A stretch of DNA of 64,000 nt. Source: an uncultured Candidatus Binatia bacterium. Lineage in GTDB: Bacteria; Desulfobacterota; Binatia; HRBIN30. The position numbers and the translations under genes were made by a program. Below are positions 19,720-29,728 of the stretch, in pieces. The stretch spans positions 140,243 to 204,242 of the forward strand of contig CAZHQG010000002.1 of assembly GCA_964534275.1 (NCBI GenBank), in the 5' to 3' direction. The notes beneath the pieces are model-generated. The model made no database searches, was not told the origin of the DNA, and was given only the letters and a program-made list of their open reading frames with translations. Each line of letters starts with the position of its first letter. Within the stretch, counting starts at the first letter, position 1.

Positions 19720-20583
19720 ATGGCGACAAAACGAACAACGGCCCGTGGGGCGCGCCAACCGCGGGTAAAGGCACTGCCTCCCATCGGCTTGATCGGTGCC
19801 GGGAACATGGCCAGTGCACTCATGCGGGGATTGTTGCAGGCAGGGCTGAGTTCTCCTGCGACGCTAATCGCCAGCGACGTGGACAAGGCGAAACTCGCTG
19901 CGCTCAAGCGGCAGTGGAAGATCCAGACGGCGACCCGCAACACCGCTGTCGTCGAAGCGGCCAAGGTGCTGGTGCTGGCAGTGAAACCGCAGGACTTGGA
20001 TGTCGTGCTCCAAGAGATCCGCGGTTCGATCACCCCGCAGCATTTGGTGATCAGCATTGCTGCGGGCGTACCGACCAGCAAGATCGAATTTGCACTCGGT
20101 GGCGACGTGCGGGTGCTGCGCGCCATGCCCAACACGCCGGCGCTGGTGGGCAAGGGAATGACGGTACTTGTCCGCGGGCGCTACGCCACGGCTGCGGATG
20201 TGAAGCTCGGACTCCAGATTTTCGGAGCGGTGGGCGATGCGGTCGATGTGGAAGACGAACGCATGCTCGATGCGGTGACCGGGCTTAGTGGGAGCGGGCC
20301 CGCGTATGTGTACTTGTTCGCCGAAGGGCTGATTGCGGGCGGCGTGGCCGCCGGGCTCACGGCGGCGTTGGCTGCACGCCTTACGTTCCAAACAATCGCT
20401 GGAGCTGCCGCGATGCTCCTAGAGACCGGGCAGCGCCCGGAGGACTTGCGCGCGCAAGTGAGTTCTCCGGGAGGCACGACTCTGGCGGGTCTCAGCGAGC
20501 TGCACCGGCGAGGATTCAAGGACGCGCTGGTGGCCGCTGTGGTCGCGGCCACGCGACGCTCGCAGGAACTCGGGCGCAAGTAG
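19720..20583 (+). CDS. proC: Pyrroline-5-carboxylate reductase
   Basis: The NADP Rossmann motif IGLIGAGNMASAL and ProC C-terminal dimerisation domain motifs (SSPGGTT) are present. Confidence 0.9.
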   Translation: MATKRTTARGARQPRVKALPPIGLIGAGNMASALMRGLLQAGLSSPATLIASDVDKAKLAALKRQWKIQTATRNTAVVEAAKVLVLAVKPQDLDVVLQEIRGSITPQHLVISIAAGVPTSKIEFALGGDVRVLRAMPNTPALVGKGMTVLVRGRYATAADVKLGLQIFGAVGDAVDVEDERMLDAVTGLSGSGPAYVYLFAEGLIAGGVAAGLTAALAARLTFQTIAGAAAMLLETGQRPEDLRAQVSSPGGTTLAGLSELHRRGFKDALVAAVVAATRRSQELGRK

Positions 20584-20592
20584 TTCGTCTGG

Positions 20593-22224
20593 ATGTTTCG
20601 CAGCAATCGACCATACGGGAGTGGCTGGCGTGCACAACGGTCGCTCGTGCTGGCTCGGCGAGGTCTCGTGTGCACCAGCCAAGCGCTTGCCACCAGCGCC
20701 GGCGTGGAAGTGTTGCGCCGTGGAGGCACGGCCATGGATGCCGCGCTGGCGGCGAACCTGGTACTGTGTGTGGTCGAGCCGTACAACACAGGGCTCGGGG
20801 GCGACTGCTTGTTGCTGTACTGGAATGCTGCTGAACACCGCCTGTACGCCTTGAACGGAAGCGGCCGAGCTCCCGCCGCACTCGATGTCGACGTGCTGGA
20901 GGCGCGAGGCTTTACATCGATGCCGCTCACTGGTGTGTGGAGCATCACGGTGCCAGGGGCGGTCCAGGCGTGGGCGGACGCTCACGGGCGCTTCGGACGG
21001 CTCCCATGGGACACCTTGTTCGAGGCGGCCATCGACTACGCAGAACACGGCTTTCCGGTAACGGAAGTGATCGGTTACGAGTGGAGATTGATCGTCCACG
21101 CTGGGATTTTACAGGATCCGGTTGCGCGTGCGTGGTTCACCTGCAACGGAGAGCCGCCGGAACTGGGCGAGATCGTTCGCTTGCCCGAGCTTGCCCGTTC
21201 CTTCAAGGAACTTGCTCGCTCTGGGCCGGACTGGTTCTATCGTGGACCGTTCGCAGAAGCCGCCGCGCAGGCGGTCGCCCAGCAGGGCGGGGTTCTCAGT
21301 TTGCAGGACTTTCGGGAACATTGCTCTACCTGGGTGGACCCGCTCACCACCACGTACCGCGGTTACGAACTTGTCGAATTTCCGCCCAGTACCCAGGGCA
21401 TCGCGGCGCTGCTGGCACTGAACATCCTCGAAAATTTCGACCTGCCTGCATACGGGCCACAAGCGCCCGAGGTGCACCACTATCGGATCGAGGCAGTGAA
21501 GTTGGCGCTGGCCGATCGCAACCGGTATGTGGCAGACCCCGAGTTTGCCAGCGTGCCGGTCGAGGGATTGCTGTCGAAGGACTACGCCCAAGGCCGCGCC
21601 GCCGTGCTCCACCCGCAACGCGCGTTAGTGCAACCGGCGCCGGGAAGAATGCTGCCAGGCTCCGATACGGTGTACTTGGCAGCCGCGGATTCCGAGGGGA
21701 ACCTGGTGTCGATGATCAGCAGCTTGTACTTTCCCTTTGGCTCAGGGGTCGCGGTGCCGGGCACCGGGGTGGTGCTGCAAAACCGTGGCGCCGGCTTCGT
21801 GCTCGAGCGTGGACACCCCAACTGCGTGGCGCCACGCAAGCGCCCGTTGCATACCATCATTCCCGCCATGCTCTTGCATCAGGGCCAACCGGTGGTGGCT
21901 TTCGGCGTGATGGGTGGGGATCATCAGGCTCAAGCGCACGTGCAAGTGGTGTCGCACATGGTGGACTTCGGGGCCAACATTCAAGAAGCTTTGGATGCTC
22001 CACGGTTCCACGTCATCGAGCGCAATCGTGTCGCGTTCGAAGAAGAATACGATCCGGTGTTGGTGGCGGCCTTGTCGCAGCGCGGGCACGCAATTGCCGA
22101 CCCCGCGGAAGTGCGCATCCGTGGCGGATTTGGCGGGGGCCAAGGAATCATGGTGCACCCGCGGTCCGGGGTTTTGTGGGGCGGTTCCGACCGGCGCAAA
22201 GACGGGACTGCCGGCGGGTATTAG
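20593..22224 (+). CDS. ggt: Gamma-glutamyltranspeptidase
   Basis: 543 aa. GGT family motifs are present, including the autocatalytic Thr region (DSEGNLVSMISSLYFPFGSG) and GGDCLLLYW. Confidence 0.9.
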   Translation: MFRSNRPYGSGWRAQRSLVLARRGLVCTSQALATSAGVEVLRRGGTAMDAALAANLVLCVVEPYNTGLGGDCLLLYWNAAEHRLYALNGSGRAPAALDVDVLEARGFTSMPLTGVWSITVPGAVQAWADAHGRFGRLPWDTLFEAAIDYAEHGFPVTEVIGYEWRLIVHAGILQDPVARAWFTCNGEPPELGEIVRLPELARSFKELARSGPDWFYRGPFAEAAAQAVAQQGGVLSLQDFREHCSTWVDPLTTTYRGYELVEFPPSTQGIAALLALNILENFDLPAYGPQAPEVHHYRIEAVKLALADRNRYVADPEFASVPVEGLLSKDYAQGRAAVLHPQRALVQPAPGRMLPGSDTVYLAAADSEGNLVSMISSLYFPFGSGVAVPGTGVVLQNRGAGFVLERGHPNCVAPRKRPLHTIIPAMLLHQGQPVVAFGVMGGDHQAQAHVQVVSHMVDFGANIQEALDAPRFHVIERNRVAFEEEYDPVLVAALSQRGHAIADPAEVRIRGGFGGGQGIMVHPRSGVLWGGSDRRKDGTAGGY

Positions 22225-22252
22225 CAAATCAATCGCTTGATCTTGATTTTGC

Positions 22253-22930
22253 TTGCGGGATTGGTCCAAGTACTCTCGCGAGAGGGAGACCGTCGTGTGG
22301 ACCGATCGCGAAGCCAAGGAACAAATCATTCAAATCACGAACGAGTTGTTCGCCCACGGTTTACTCACGGCAACGGGCGGGAACATCAGTGCTCGCGCGG
22401 CCGACGGAGAAACCATCTGGATTACGCCAAGTCAGTTGTACAAAGGTGGACTCCACGAACCGGATCTTGTGCGCATCCGGCGCGACGGCTCGGTGGTCGA
22501 GGGCGAGCGTGTTCCTTCGGTCGAGTGGCAAATGCACTGGGGCGCATATGACGCTCGGCCAGATACGACTGGAGCGGTGCACACGCATGCACCCGTAGCC
22601 ACGGCATTCGGGATTACCAACCAAGTCTTTCCGCCGATCAACACGGATGCGATTTTTCTCCGCGATACGCCCCTCGTGCCCTGGTATATGCCGGGCTCCA
22701 AAGAGCTTGCCGACGCCGTTCACGAGGCGTTGAAGAAAAGCCGCGGTTGCATCTTACAGAATCATGGCCTGATGACTGTAGACAAAACCCTGCGCAAAGC
22801 CGCGACCCGCGCGATGATGATCGAAGAGACGGCAAAAATTGTTCTCTACGTCAAACAGTTCGGGGGCACGGTCACGTACATCCCCGACGAATGGATCGAG
22901 CGCTTGGCGCCTCTCGCGGATTTTATCTGA
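22253..22930 (+). CDS. Class II aldolase/adducin-family protein (L-fuculose-phosphate aldolase-like)
   Basis: The zinc-ligand pattern (HTHAP..., NHGLMTVDKT) is present. Length is 225 aa. Confidence 0.75.
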   Translation: MRDWSKYSRERETVVWTDREAKEQIIQITNELFAHGLLTATGGNISARAADGETIWITPSQLYKGGLHEPDLVRIRRDGSVVEGERVPSVEWQMHWGAYDARPDTTGAVHTHAPVATAFGITNQVFPPINTDAIFLRDTPLVPWYMPGSKELADAVHEALKKSRGCILQNHGLMTVDKTLRKAATRAMMIEETAKIVLYVKQFGGTVTYIPDEWIERLAPLADFI

Positions 22931-22968
22931 CCGCTCGGGGCTACCAGGAGTCCGCGCCCGGACCGTCC

Positions 22969-25056
22969 TTAGCCGATCGACAAGTTGGGTACCGGAAGTC
23001 CTGGCTGGGGCAGTAACTTTGCGAGCGCGTCGGGCTGGGTCACCGGCGGCGAGCACGTAAACCCGCAGCACACGTAGGCTACCGCTTCAGTCTGTGGGGG
23101 CAGTGGTTTGTCGCGTACGAGCGGCAACGGGCCCTTGGGATCCTCCGGGGATGCGACGACGAGTACCCGGTGAGGTACGTAATGCTGTCGGACGAGCCGA
23201 ACGAGATCTTGTGCGGCTCCGCGGCGGGATTCCAGAATCACGGCGGTCCACGGTTGAACCACGTCGAACAGCGCTGCACACAGCATGCTTGGGAATCCCG
23301 AAGGCTGCGCGTGCATGGTGGCGGCGTAGGTTTCCAGCACCTTGCGGGCGTGTCGTTCGTAGGTCGGATTGCCGGTCAGGTGCGCCAGACGAAGCAGTGC
23401 TCGGCAGGCAACCGAGTTTCCCGATGGGGTGGCGCCGTCGAATACGGGCTTGCTGCGGACCACGAGTGCCTCTTGCCGGTCGCTGGTGAAGAAAAAGCCC
23501 GCGCTTGCGGAGTCCCAAAAGTGTGCCAGTAGCTCGTCGCCTAGCAAGCGGGCGCGCTCGAGGTCGCGGCTTTGTTGCAGCGCCTCGAACGAGTCCAAAT
23601 ATGCCTGCAGCAGGAACGAAACGTCCTCCAAGTGCGCTGGGTACTTGGCGATGCCTTGCGCGTAGGTACTCAAGAGTCCCGTGCTTGGCCACAACCGGTC
23701 CTCGAGGAACTGCAAGGTCTGACGCACGACTTCTGCGTACATGGGGTCGCCAAGAACTTCGGCAGCGAGCGCAAACGCCGACACCGCGAGGCCGTTCCAG
23801 GCGGTGAGGATTTTATCGTCCAGCGCAGGTGGTACGCGCCGTTGGCGCGCGAGGAACAGTTTCTCCCGAGCCTCCTGAAGTGCCACAGTCACTTCGTCGA
23901 CAGGTCGTTGGTAGAGCTTTGCCAACTGCTCCGCCGCGAGGGTTCGATGGAGCACGCTCTGGCCATGTTCGAAGTTGCCTTGGTCGGTGACATCCCAGTA
24001 TCGGCAGGCGAGCTCTGCAAGATCAGGTTCGAGCACGTCGCGCACTTGCTGCGGGTTCCAGACGTAAAACTTCCCTTCCTCTCCTTCGCTGTCCGCGTCT
24101 TGGGAAGAATAAAACCCGCCTTCGGGGGAACGAAGCTCGCGCAGCATGTAGGCCAGTGTTTCGCGCGCAACTTGGGCAAACTCAGCCCGGTGCGTCGCCT
24201 GGTACGCAAACAGGTACAGGCGGGCGAGAAGCGCGTTGTCGTAAAGCATTTTTTCGAAGTGGGGTACGAGCCAGCGCTCATCGACCGAGTAGCGGTGAAA
24301 CCCTCCGCCAAGTTGGTCGTAAATTCCGCCCCAGGCCATCTTGTGCAAGGTGTGCTCGACCATGTCGCGAAACCGCGGGTCGCCCGACACCGCGAAGAAC
24401 TGCAGGAAGTACTCGAAGATGGAGGCGTTGGGGAACTTCGGCGCTCCTTGCAGGCCCCCGTGGACAGGGTCGTAGAGCGATGCCAGGCGATGCGCCGCGT
24501 GATCGAGCAACGCGCGGTCGCACGGAGTTGTGGATGCTTCGGGAGTTTCCACCCGTTGCAGGGCTGCAATCAGTTGCGCCGCAGTTTGGTCGATCTCGTG
24601 CCGTTTCTCGCGATACGCTTGCGCTACGGCCTGCAAGACTTTGCGAAAGGCTGGCAAGCCGTGGCGGTCTTCCGGTGGAAAATACGTTCCCCCGTAAAAC
24701 GGGCGCCCGTCAGGGCACAAGAAGACGGTCAGCGGCCATCCCCCTCGGCCGGTCAATAGTTGCACAGCGGTCATGTACACATGGTCCACATCTGGGCGCT
24801 CCTCGCGGTCCACTTTCACGTTCACGAACAGCGTGTTCATCAGCCGGGCGGTTTCCGGGTCCTCGAAAGACTCCCGCTCCATGACGTGGCACCAGTGACA
24901 CGCAGCGTAGCCAATGCTGAGCAGGATGGGTTTGTCCTCCCGGCGTGCTCGCTCGAACGCTTCGGGGCCCCAGGGATACCAGTCGACCGGATTGTGCGCG
25001 TGTTGCCGGAGATAAGGGCTCGTCTCACGAGCTAAGCGGTTGGTGTGCGTTGCCAT
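22969..25056 (-). CDS. Thioredoxin-domain protein of the YyaL/DUF255 family (N-acyl-glucosamine-epimerase-like (alpha/alpha)6 C-terminal domain)
   Basis: ATG at 25056 ([59 protein letters not shown]). This N-terminal signature is characteristic of the family. Confidence 0.85.
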   Translation of the reverse strand: MATHTNRLARETSPYLRQHAHNPVDWYPWGPEAFERARREDKPILLSIGYAACHWCHVMERESFEDPETARLMNTLFVNVKVDREERPDVDHVYMTAVQLLTGRGGWPLTVFLCPDGRPFYGGTYFPPEDRHGLPAFRKVLQAVAQAYREKRHEIDQTAAQLIAALQRVETPEASTTPCDRALLDHAAHRLASLYDPVHGGLQGAPKFPNASIFEYFLQFFAVSGDPRFRDMVEHTLHKMAWGGIYDQLGGGFHRYSVDERWLVPHFEKMLYDNALLARLYLFAYQATHRAEFAQVARETLAYMLRELRSPEGGFYSSQDADSEGEEGKFYVWNPQQVRDVLEPDLAELACRYWDVTDQGNFEHGQSVLHRTLAAEQLAKLYQRPVDEVTVALQEAREKLFLARQRRVPPALDDKILTAWNGLAVSAFALAAEVLGDPMYAEVVRQTLQFLEDRLWPSTGLLSTYAQGIAKYPAHLEDVSFLLQAYLDSFEALQQSRDLERARLLGDELLAHFWDSASAGFFFTSDRQEALVVRSKPVFDGATPSGNSVACRALLRLAHLTGNPTYERHARKVLETYAATMHAQPSGFPSMLCAALFDVVQPWTAVILESRRGAAQDLVRLVRQHYVPHRVLVVASPEDPKGPLPLVRDKPLPPQTEAVAYVCCGFTCSPPVTQPDALAKLLPQPGLPVPNLSIG

Positions 25057-25549
25057 CGTGTCTCCTTCCACGGGTCGGGTGCCCGGTTCGTCCAACGTTC
25101 GCAGCTTGGGGGAACAAAGCAAGACCGCATCCTTCGCCTTGCGGGCCGCCCGCGGGGATCGTCGGCCCCCACATGGCGCCGGGTAAAGTACTTCCTCATC
25201 CGACCGGAGAGCGGACCGAACGAGGAGAGGATTGTCGGGTTGCCGCCGTGGCAGCTCCGCCCCGAGGATTGGTGAGACGGCTGATTCTGGCCTGCGTTCG
25301 CTGTCGGCTGCCCACAAACGCCCGGCTCAACAACGGCGCTGTTGGTGTGTGGCGACGGCGGGGCTGCCAGGTTCCCGTGCTGTTTTCGAGAAGAAGCCAG
25401 GCACGAGGCGAAGGAATAGCCTGGATCGAGGCTTACGAATCCGGGTGGATGGACGGTCCGTTCGGTGCGGTCGCGGCAGTCTTGCCCCCGGTCTGGCATT
25501 TGCGCGTCGGGTGTGGCGATAAGGAGCGTATTGGAGGTCGGAGTTCGCC

Positions 25550-27208
25550 GTGGGATTTCGTCCACCACCAGCAATCGAGCCAGCAACCGCTGCGTTTTGG
25601 CATGCTTGCCGCGACGGCCGGCTCGAATTCCGTTTTTGCCCGCGTTGTGAGTGGTTCATTCACCCGCCGCGGCCGATCTGCCCGCAATGTCACAGGACAG
25701 AGCTCGAGTCCCGGCAAGTGTCGGGGCGGGGGACGGTGCACACCTACACCGTGAACCACAAGGCGTGGTTTCCTGGGCAGGAAGTGCCGTACATCATCGC
25801 GATCGTCGAACTGGAGGAGCAACCCGGCTTGCGGCTCCTCAGCAACATTGTCGAGTGTGCCCCCGAGGAAGTGCAGATCGGCATGCCGGTACGTGTGCAG
25901 TTCGAAGTGTTGAACGACGAGGTGGCTTTACCGGTGTTCGTTCCTGACTTGGAGCGCGCGAGCCCGCGGGAGGGCACTCAAGAACCGCGTCGTGTCGAGG
26001 TCCGGCCGGAAAGTCCGTCAGTCGTTTCCTCAGGCGAGCCGTTGGAGCGGCGCGCCGTGCTCTCCGGTGTTGGCCAATCGGCCATCGGTCGTCGTCTCTT
26101 TCGCGACGAGCTCGACCTCACCTGCGAAGCAGCGCTTCGAGCGATTGCCGACGCGGGGCTGCGGGTTTCCGACATCGATGGGATCGCTGCCTACCCCGGA
26201 CCAGTCACGAACGTGCCCGGTTTTTCCGGTCCCAGCATTTACGACGTACAGGATGCGCTCGGACTCTCGGTGCGCTGGCACTTGTCCGGAATGGAGGGCC
26301 CGGGCCAAATCATGCCCATCATTGCGGCAGCGTTGGCCGTGGCCAGTGGGCTGGCGCGACACGTGTTGGTGTATCGTACCGTTACCGAGGCCACCGCGGC
26401 AGCCGACACCGGGCGCCGTGGGATTGGTGCTGGCGCGCGAGAAATCACCGGCTTTGCTGCCTTTCTCGTACCGTTTGGAGCGATGTCGGCAGCCAATTGG
26501 CTTGCGCTGTACGCGCGCCGCCACATGCACGTGTATGGAACCCAGCGCAAGCACTTAGGCGCGATCGCGCTGACTGCCCGCGAACATGCTCGCTTGAACC
26601 CGGCTGCCGTCTACCGCGAGCCGCTCACGTGGGACGACTACTGGCAAGCGCGCATGGTGAGCGACCCGTTTTGCTTGTTCGATTGCGACGCTCCGGTCGA
26701 TGGCTCCACGGCCGTGATTGTGTCCTCTGCGGAGTGTGTGCGCGACCTGGCCAAGCCAGCAGTGCGCATCGAAGCTGTGGGGACCGCGCTCGGCAAACGC
26801 CCGTTGTGGGATCAGTGGCCGGACTTGACCACGATGGCAGCGCACGATTCCGCCCGGCATCTGTGGAGTCGTACAACCCTGAGACCGAACGACGTGGATA
26901 CCGCCCAGCTTTACGACGGGTTTTCGTTCCTCACGTTGTCTTGGCTCGAAGCCCTCGGATTTTGCGGACCGGGCGAAAGCGGACCCTTCGTCGAAGAAGG
27001 TCACATCCGGCTGGGCGGGAGGCTTCCACTGAACACGTGGGGTGGACAACTCTCGGGCGGCCGCTTGCACGGTTTTGGATTCGTGGCTGAAGCAATTCGA
27101 CAAATCCGCGGCGAGTGCGGTGAGCGCCAAGTGCCGGACTGCGAAGTTGCCGTGGTGGCAGTCGGAGGAGGTCCCGTTGCCGGCTGCATGCTCCTGACGC
27201 GTGCGTAA
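25550..27208 (+). CDS. Fusion protein: N-terminal DUF35 (zinc ribbon plus OB fold) joined to a C-terminal SCP-x/Ltp-type thiolase-like domain
   Basis: GTG start with GGAGG RBS. Residues ~1-130 carry the zinc ribbon CPRCEW...CPQC and the OB fold (GRGTVHTYTV...PYIIAIVELEE). A linker is followed by the thiolase-like domain (AVLSGVGQS...AVGGGPVAG). Confidence 0.8.
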   Translation: MGFRPPPAIEPATAAFWHACRDGRLEFRFCPRCEWFIHPPRPICPQCHRTELESRQVSGRGTVHTYTVNHKAWFPGQEVPYIIAIVELEEQPGLRLLSNIVECAPEEVQIGMPVRVQFEVLNDEVALPVFVPDLERASPREGTQEPRRVEVRPESPSVVSSGEPLERRAVLSGVGQSAIGRRLFRDELDLTCEAALRAIADAGLRVSDIDGIAAYPGPVTNVPGFSGPSIYDVQDALGLSVRWHLSGMEGPGQIMPIIAAALAVASGLARHVLVYRTVTEATAAADTGRRGIGAGAREITGFAAFLVPFGAMSAANWLALYARRHMHVYGTQRKHLGAIALTAREHARLNPAAVYREPLTWDDYWQARMVSDPFCLFDCDAPVDGSTAVIVSSAECVRDLAKPAVRIEAVGTALGKRPLWDQWPDLTTMAAHDSARHLWSRTTLRPNDVDTAQLYDGFSFLTLSWLEALGFCGPGESGPFVEEGHIRLGGRLPLNTWGGQLSGGRLHGFGFVAEAIRQIRGECGERQVPDCEVAVVAVGGGPVAGCMLLTRA

Positions 27209-27340
27209 GAAACAGTTGGGCAACACCGTGCCCGTGCGCTGCCTGGTCCTTTGCGCGTGCTGCGTGGGGCCAGCTAAAGTCTGTGGCCCGAAGTTCGGAC
27301 GCGACCATACGCGCAGCCAGCCGAGGTTAGGAAGTGCCCG

Positions 27341-28423
27341 TTAGGAGGGCCTCTTTGCGGAGCGCTCTGCTGGGGGCACAATGCGCAAGCGCGGCCGGTA
27401 GGACGCGTCGCGTAAGAGATAAAAGATCCCGCCAGAAAGCGTGGGCGCTTCCGCGACCCAGAATCCAAGGGCAGCCGAAAGAATCGAGCTTTCGAGGCCG
27501 ATGCGGTGTGCAAGCATCAACGCTTGGACGATCTCCCGCACACCCTCGCCGGCGATGGTAAACGGGCTAATGACCGTGGCAAAAATCTGGATCGTCGATC
27601 CAAAAATCACTTCCCAAAACTCGGCGTGGTGAGCCCCAACTGCAATGGCGGTAAGGAAATACGTGACAGCGGTGAAAAAATGCACCCCGAAGCTCAGTGC
27701 GGCGGCCGCGACGAGTCGGGCCTTTTGATCGCGGTAGGCCGCCGCGGCTCCGTGCAGGCGTTCCACGAAGTTGCCGATTCGTACGCGCCGGAGTTGTGGC
27801 GCCCAGTCCAAGAACCACAGCAACCAGCGCGGATGAAGTAAAATGGCGAAAAATCCTACGCAAACGAACGCGGCGAGGGGAATGGTCAGCCAGCCCACCA
27901 TCGCGGCACGTTCTCCGAGAATCGTGTGGCCGAGGGGGAACGTGACGAGAAAGCACAGGAAAATACCGACGATTCCGAGGCCCTTTTCGATCGCGGTTGC
28001 TGCTGCGGCCTCGACCGTGCGCCCGCTAAAGCGTGCGGCATCGTAGAGCTTGTAGCCGTCGAGCCCGAGCGTCGAGGGCAGGAAGGTGCCGAGGAAACGG
28101 CCAATCAAGAACGTGGTGAACACGTGCCACAGGGGAAAGTACAAGCCTTGCCCCCGGAGTAACACGTTCCAGCGCAGCATCGAACAGGCCATGCCACACA
28201 TCCGCACGACAAACGCCAAAAGGGCGAAGCGCCAGAATACCCCGGTGTCGATGCGAGGCAGGTAGTCGAGGATTGCTCGGAGGGCAGAAACACGTGCGCC
28301 GTCGCTCGTTTCTACTGGGTGCTGCAGCAGCAGGTAAAATGCCGCTACAGTAACGCCGCACTTGGCAGCAAAGGAAAGACTCGTGCGCGCCCAGCTGCGT
28401 TCCGCGCTTGCAGGGGTGGACAA
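27341..28423 (-). CDS. Polytopic membrane protein of the flippase-like / lysylphosphatidylglycerol-synthase-TM-region (UPF0104) family
   Basis: 360 aa with about 8 predicted TM helices. The pattern matches the LPG_synthase_TM/flippase-like domain. It is the last gene of a minus-strand cluster. Confidence 0.65.
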   Translation of the reverse strand: MSTPASAERSWARTSLSFAAKCGVTVAAFYLLLQHPVETSDGARVSALRAILDYLPRIDTGVFWRFALLAFVVRMCGMACSMLRWNVLLRGQGLYFPLWHVFTTFLIGRFLGTFLPSTLGLDGYKLYDAARFSGRTVEAAAATAIEKGLGIVGIFLCFLVTFPLGHTILGERAAMVGWLTIPLAAFVCVGFFAILLHPRWLLWFLDWAPQLRRVRIGNFVERLHGAAAAYRDQKARLVAAAALSFGVHFFTAVTYFLTAIAVGAHHAEFWEVIFGSTIQIFATVISPFTIAGEGVREIVQALMLAHRIGLESSILSAALGFWVAEAPTLSGGIFYLLRDASYRPRLRIVPPAERSAKRPS

Positions 28424-28426
28424 CGG

Positions 28427-29089
28427 TTAAGGTCTCCTCTGTGAACGGCTTTCGATTTCGCGCAGACGAATCTCCAGCTTGCGCAAGCGATCTGCGAAGG
28501 AGTCTCCGGTCGAACTAAGTTGACGTTCCGAAGCGTCTTCCGGCTTTTTTTCCAATGCCTCGAGTCTTCTTTCCAAGCGGTCCAGTCGTGTCTCGATCGC
28601 TTGCAAGCGAACCTCGTCTGCGGGCTGTTCGGGCGGGAGCCCGGGGGACGCTTGAATCGTCGCTTGCGTGGACTTTGTCTCCCCCGCGGTGCCCGGGCCG
28701 GGAGGTCCAACGATGGCGACATTTTGCGGCTCGCGCACGACCATCTCCCAGCGCCCCCGGAATTCCCGAATCGTTCCGCTGGCACGGATGGTCTGACCAG
28801 GAAGCCGATGCTCGGCGTCGGGAAAGCGGCTCAGCAACCCTTCCACCAACAGCAAATCGAGCGTGGCAGGCGGCTGCCCGAGCTGCAGACGCACCACGTT
28901 TCCCTCTCGGCGCCCAGCCTCCACTCGAGCTTCGACCGTGACTTCCTCGCCGACGTACAATGGGGCCACGCTCACATCGATGAGCGGAGGGGCAGTCGCC
29001 ATCGCCGCGCCTGCAAGCATCGTGGAGACAAGCGCTGCCGCGGCGACGGCGACGCGCTGGCTCCTGCAGGAGCTACAGTTCGAACCCAC
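28427..29089 (-). CDS. Secreted protein with OB-fold-like N-domain and C-terminal coiled coil
   Basis: A probable GTG start at 29089 yields the signal peptide ...RVAVAAAALVSTMLAGAAMA|TAPP. An alternative ATG lies at 29020. The OB-like segment is (VTVEARVEAG...VVRLQLG...IRASGTIREFRGRWEMVV). It is followed by a Pro-rich linker and heptad repeats (RLQAIETRLDRLERRLEALEKK). Confidence 0.45.
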   Translation of the reverse strand: MGSNCSSCRSQRVAVAAAALVSTMLAGAAMATAPPLIDVSVAPLYVGEEVTVEARVEAGRREGNVVRLQLGQPPATLDLLLVEGLLSRFPDAEHRLPGQTIRASGTIREFRGRWEMVVREPQNVAIVGPPGPGTAGETKSTQATIQASPGLPPEQPADEVRLQAIETRLDRLERRLEALEKKPEDASERQLSSTGDSFADRLRKLEIRLREIESRSQRRP

Positions 29090-29240
29090 GTTCGGCCTCG
29101 TCTTCGTCCGGGGTGGGAGCCAGCTCTTCAAGTTTGCGGAACACAACTTCGATGAGCTTGTCGATGCGGCGGTATTCGCCGGATCGTGCCGCGGCACGGG
29201 CGACACTGACCGCCAAACGGAGCTTTTCGTCGCGAGTCAT
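29073..29240 (-). CDS. Small hypothetical protein (55 aa)
   Basis: ATG at 29240 with GAGGTGG RBS (MTRDEKLRLAVSVARAAARSGEYRRIDKLIEVVFRKLEEL...). Its 3' end overlaps the downstream gene. Confidence 0.4.
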   Translation of the reverse strand: MTRDEKLRLAVSVARAAARSGEYRRIDKLIEVVFRKLEELAPTPDEDEAERGFEL

Positions 29241-29469
29241 GGTCCACCTCTGTGTTTGCCAATCCGGCAAGCGTATAGCGCCACGAAGCAACATTTTCTT
29301 TTCATCGCCGGCGCTTCGTGGATGCGAACAGAAACCACCAGTGTGGGTGGAGGAAGTTTGCCACGTTTGCAGAAGAGTGGTACGCTGCAGCGCACGTTCG
29401 CTCAGGGTTCGCTCGCGCCTCCCTTCGTGGCGTTGGAGTGTCCCACAGGCGAAGAAAGGAGTGCCGCAA

Positions 29470-29646
29470 ATGGCAGGCGGGAAGACGTTCAAAAGGGACC
29501 AGAAACGACGCAAAGAGATGGCCCGAAAGCTCAAGCAAGAGGAAAAGATGCGGAAACGCCTGCAGCGGCGGGAAGAGAAGCGCAGCGGTGTGGCGAAGGA
29601 GGAAGAGGAAATCACGATCCCGCCGCAAGGGCCGCTCACGAGCTGA
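29470..29646 (+). CDS. Small (58 aa) highly basic Lys/Arg/Glu-rich protein, divergent from the minus-strand cluster
   Basis: ATG at 29470 is preceded by GAAAGGAG RBS with 8-nt spacing. It encodes MAGGKTFKRDQKRRKEMARKLKQEEKMRKRLQRREEKRSGVAKEEEEITIPPQGPLTS. Confidence 0.4.
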   Translation: MAGGKTFKRDQKRRKEMARKLKQEEKMRKRLQRREEKRSGVAKEEEEITIPPQGPLTS

Positions 29647-29728
29647 CACTTCTCGGCGACAGAGCGCGAAGCGTGCAGAGCTAGGCAAAACCTCATCGCG
29701 TCCGGCCGTTGTATCGAGCTTCCGCGGG

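Noticed and set aside
18692-19819. 375-aa minus-strand ORF
   Set aside because: Antisense to maf and yggS, both of which have strong family signatures.
23572-24759. 395-aa + strand ORF
   Set aside because: Antisense to the YyaL thioredoxin-domain gene.
24945-25754. 269-aa + strand ORF spanning the 493-bp spacer
   Set aside because: Arg/Gly/Pro-rich with no motifs. It runs into and out of frame with the DUF35-thiolase gene, which has a proper RBS and GTG start at 25550.
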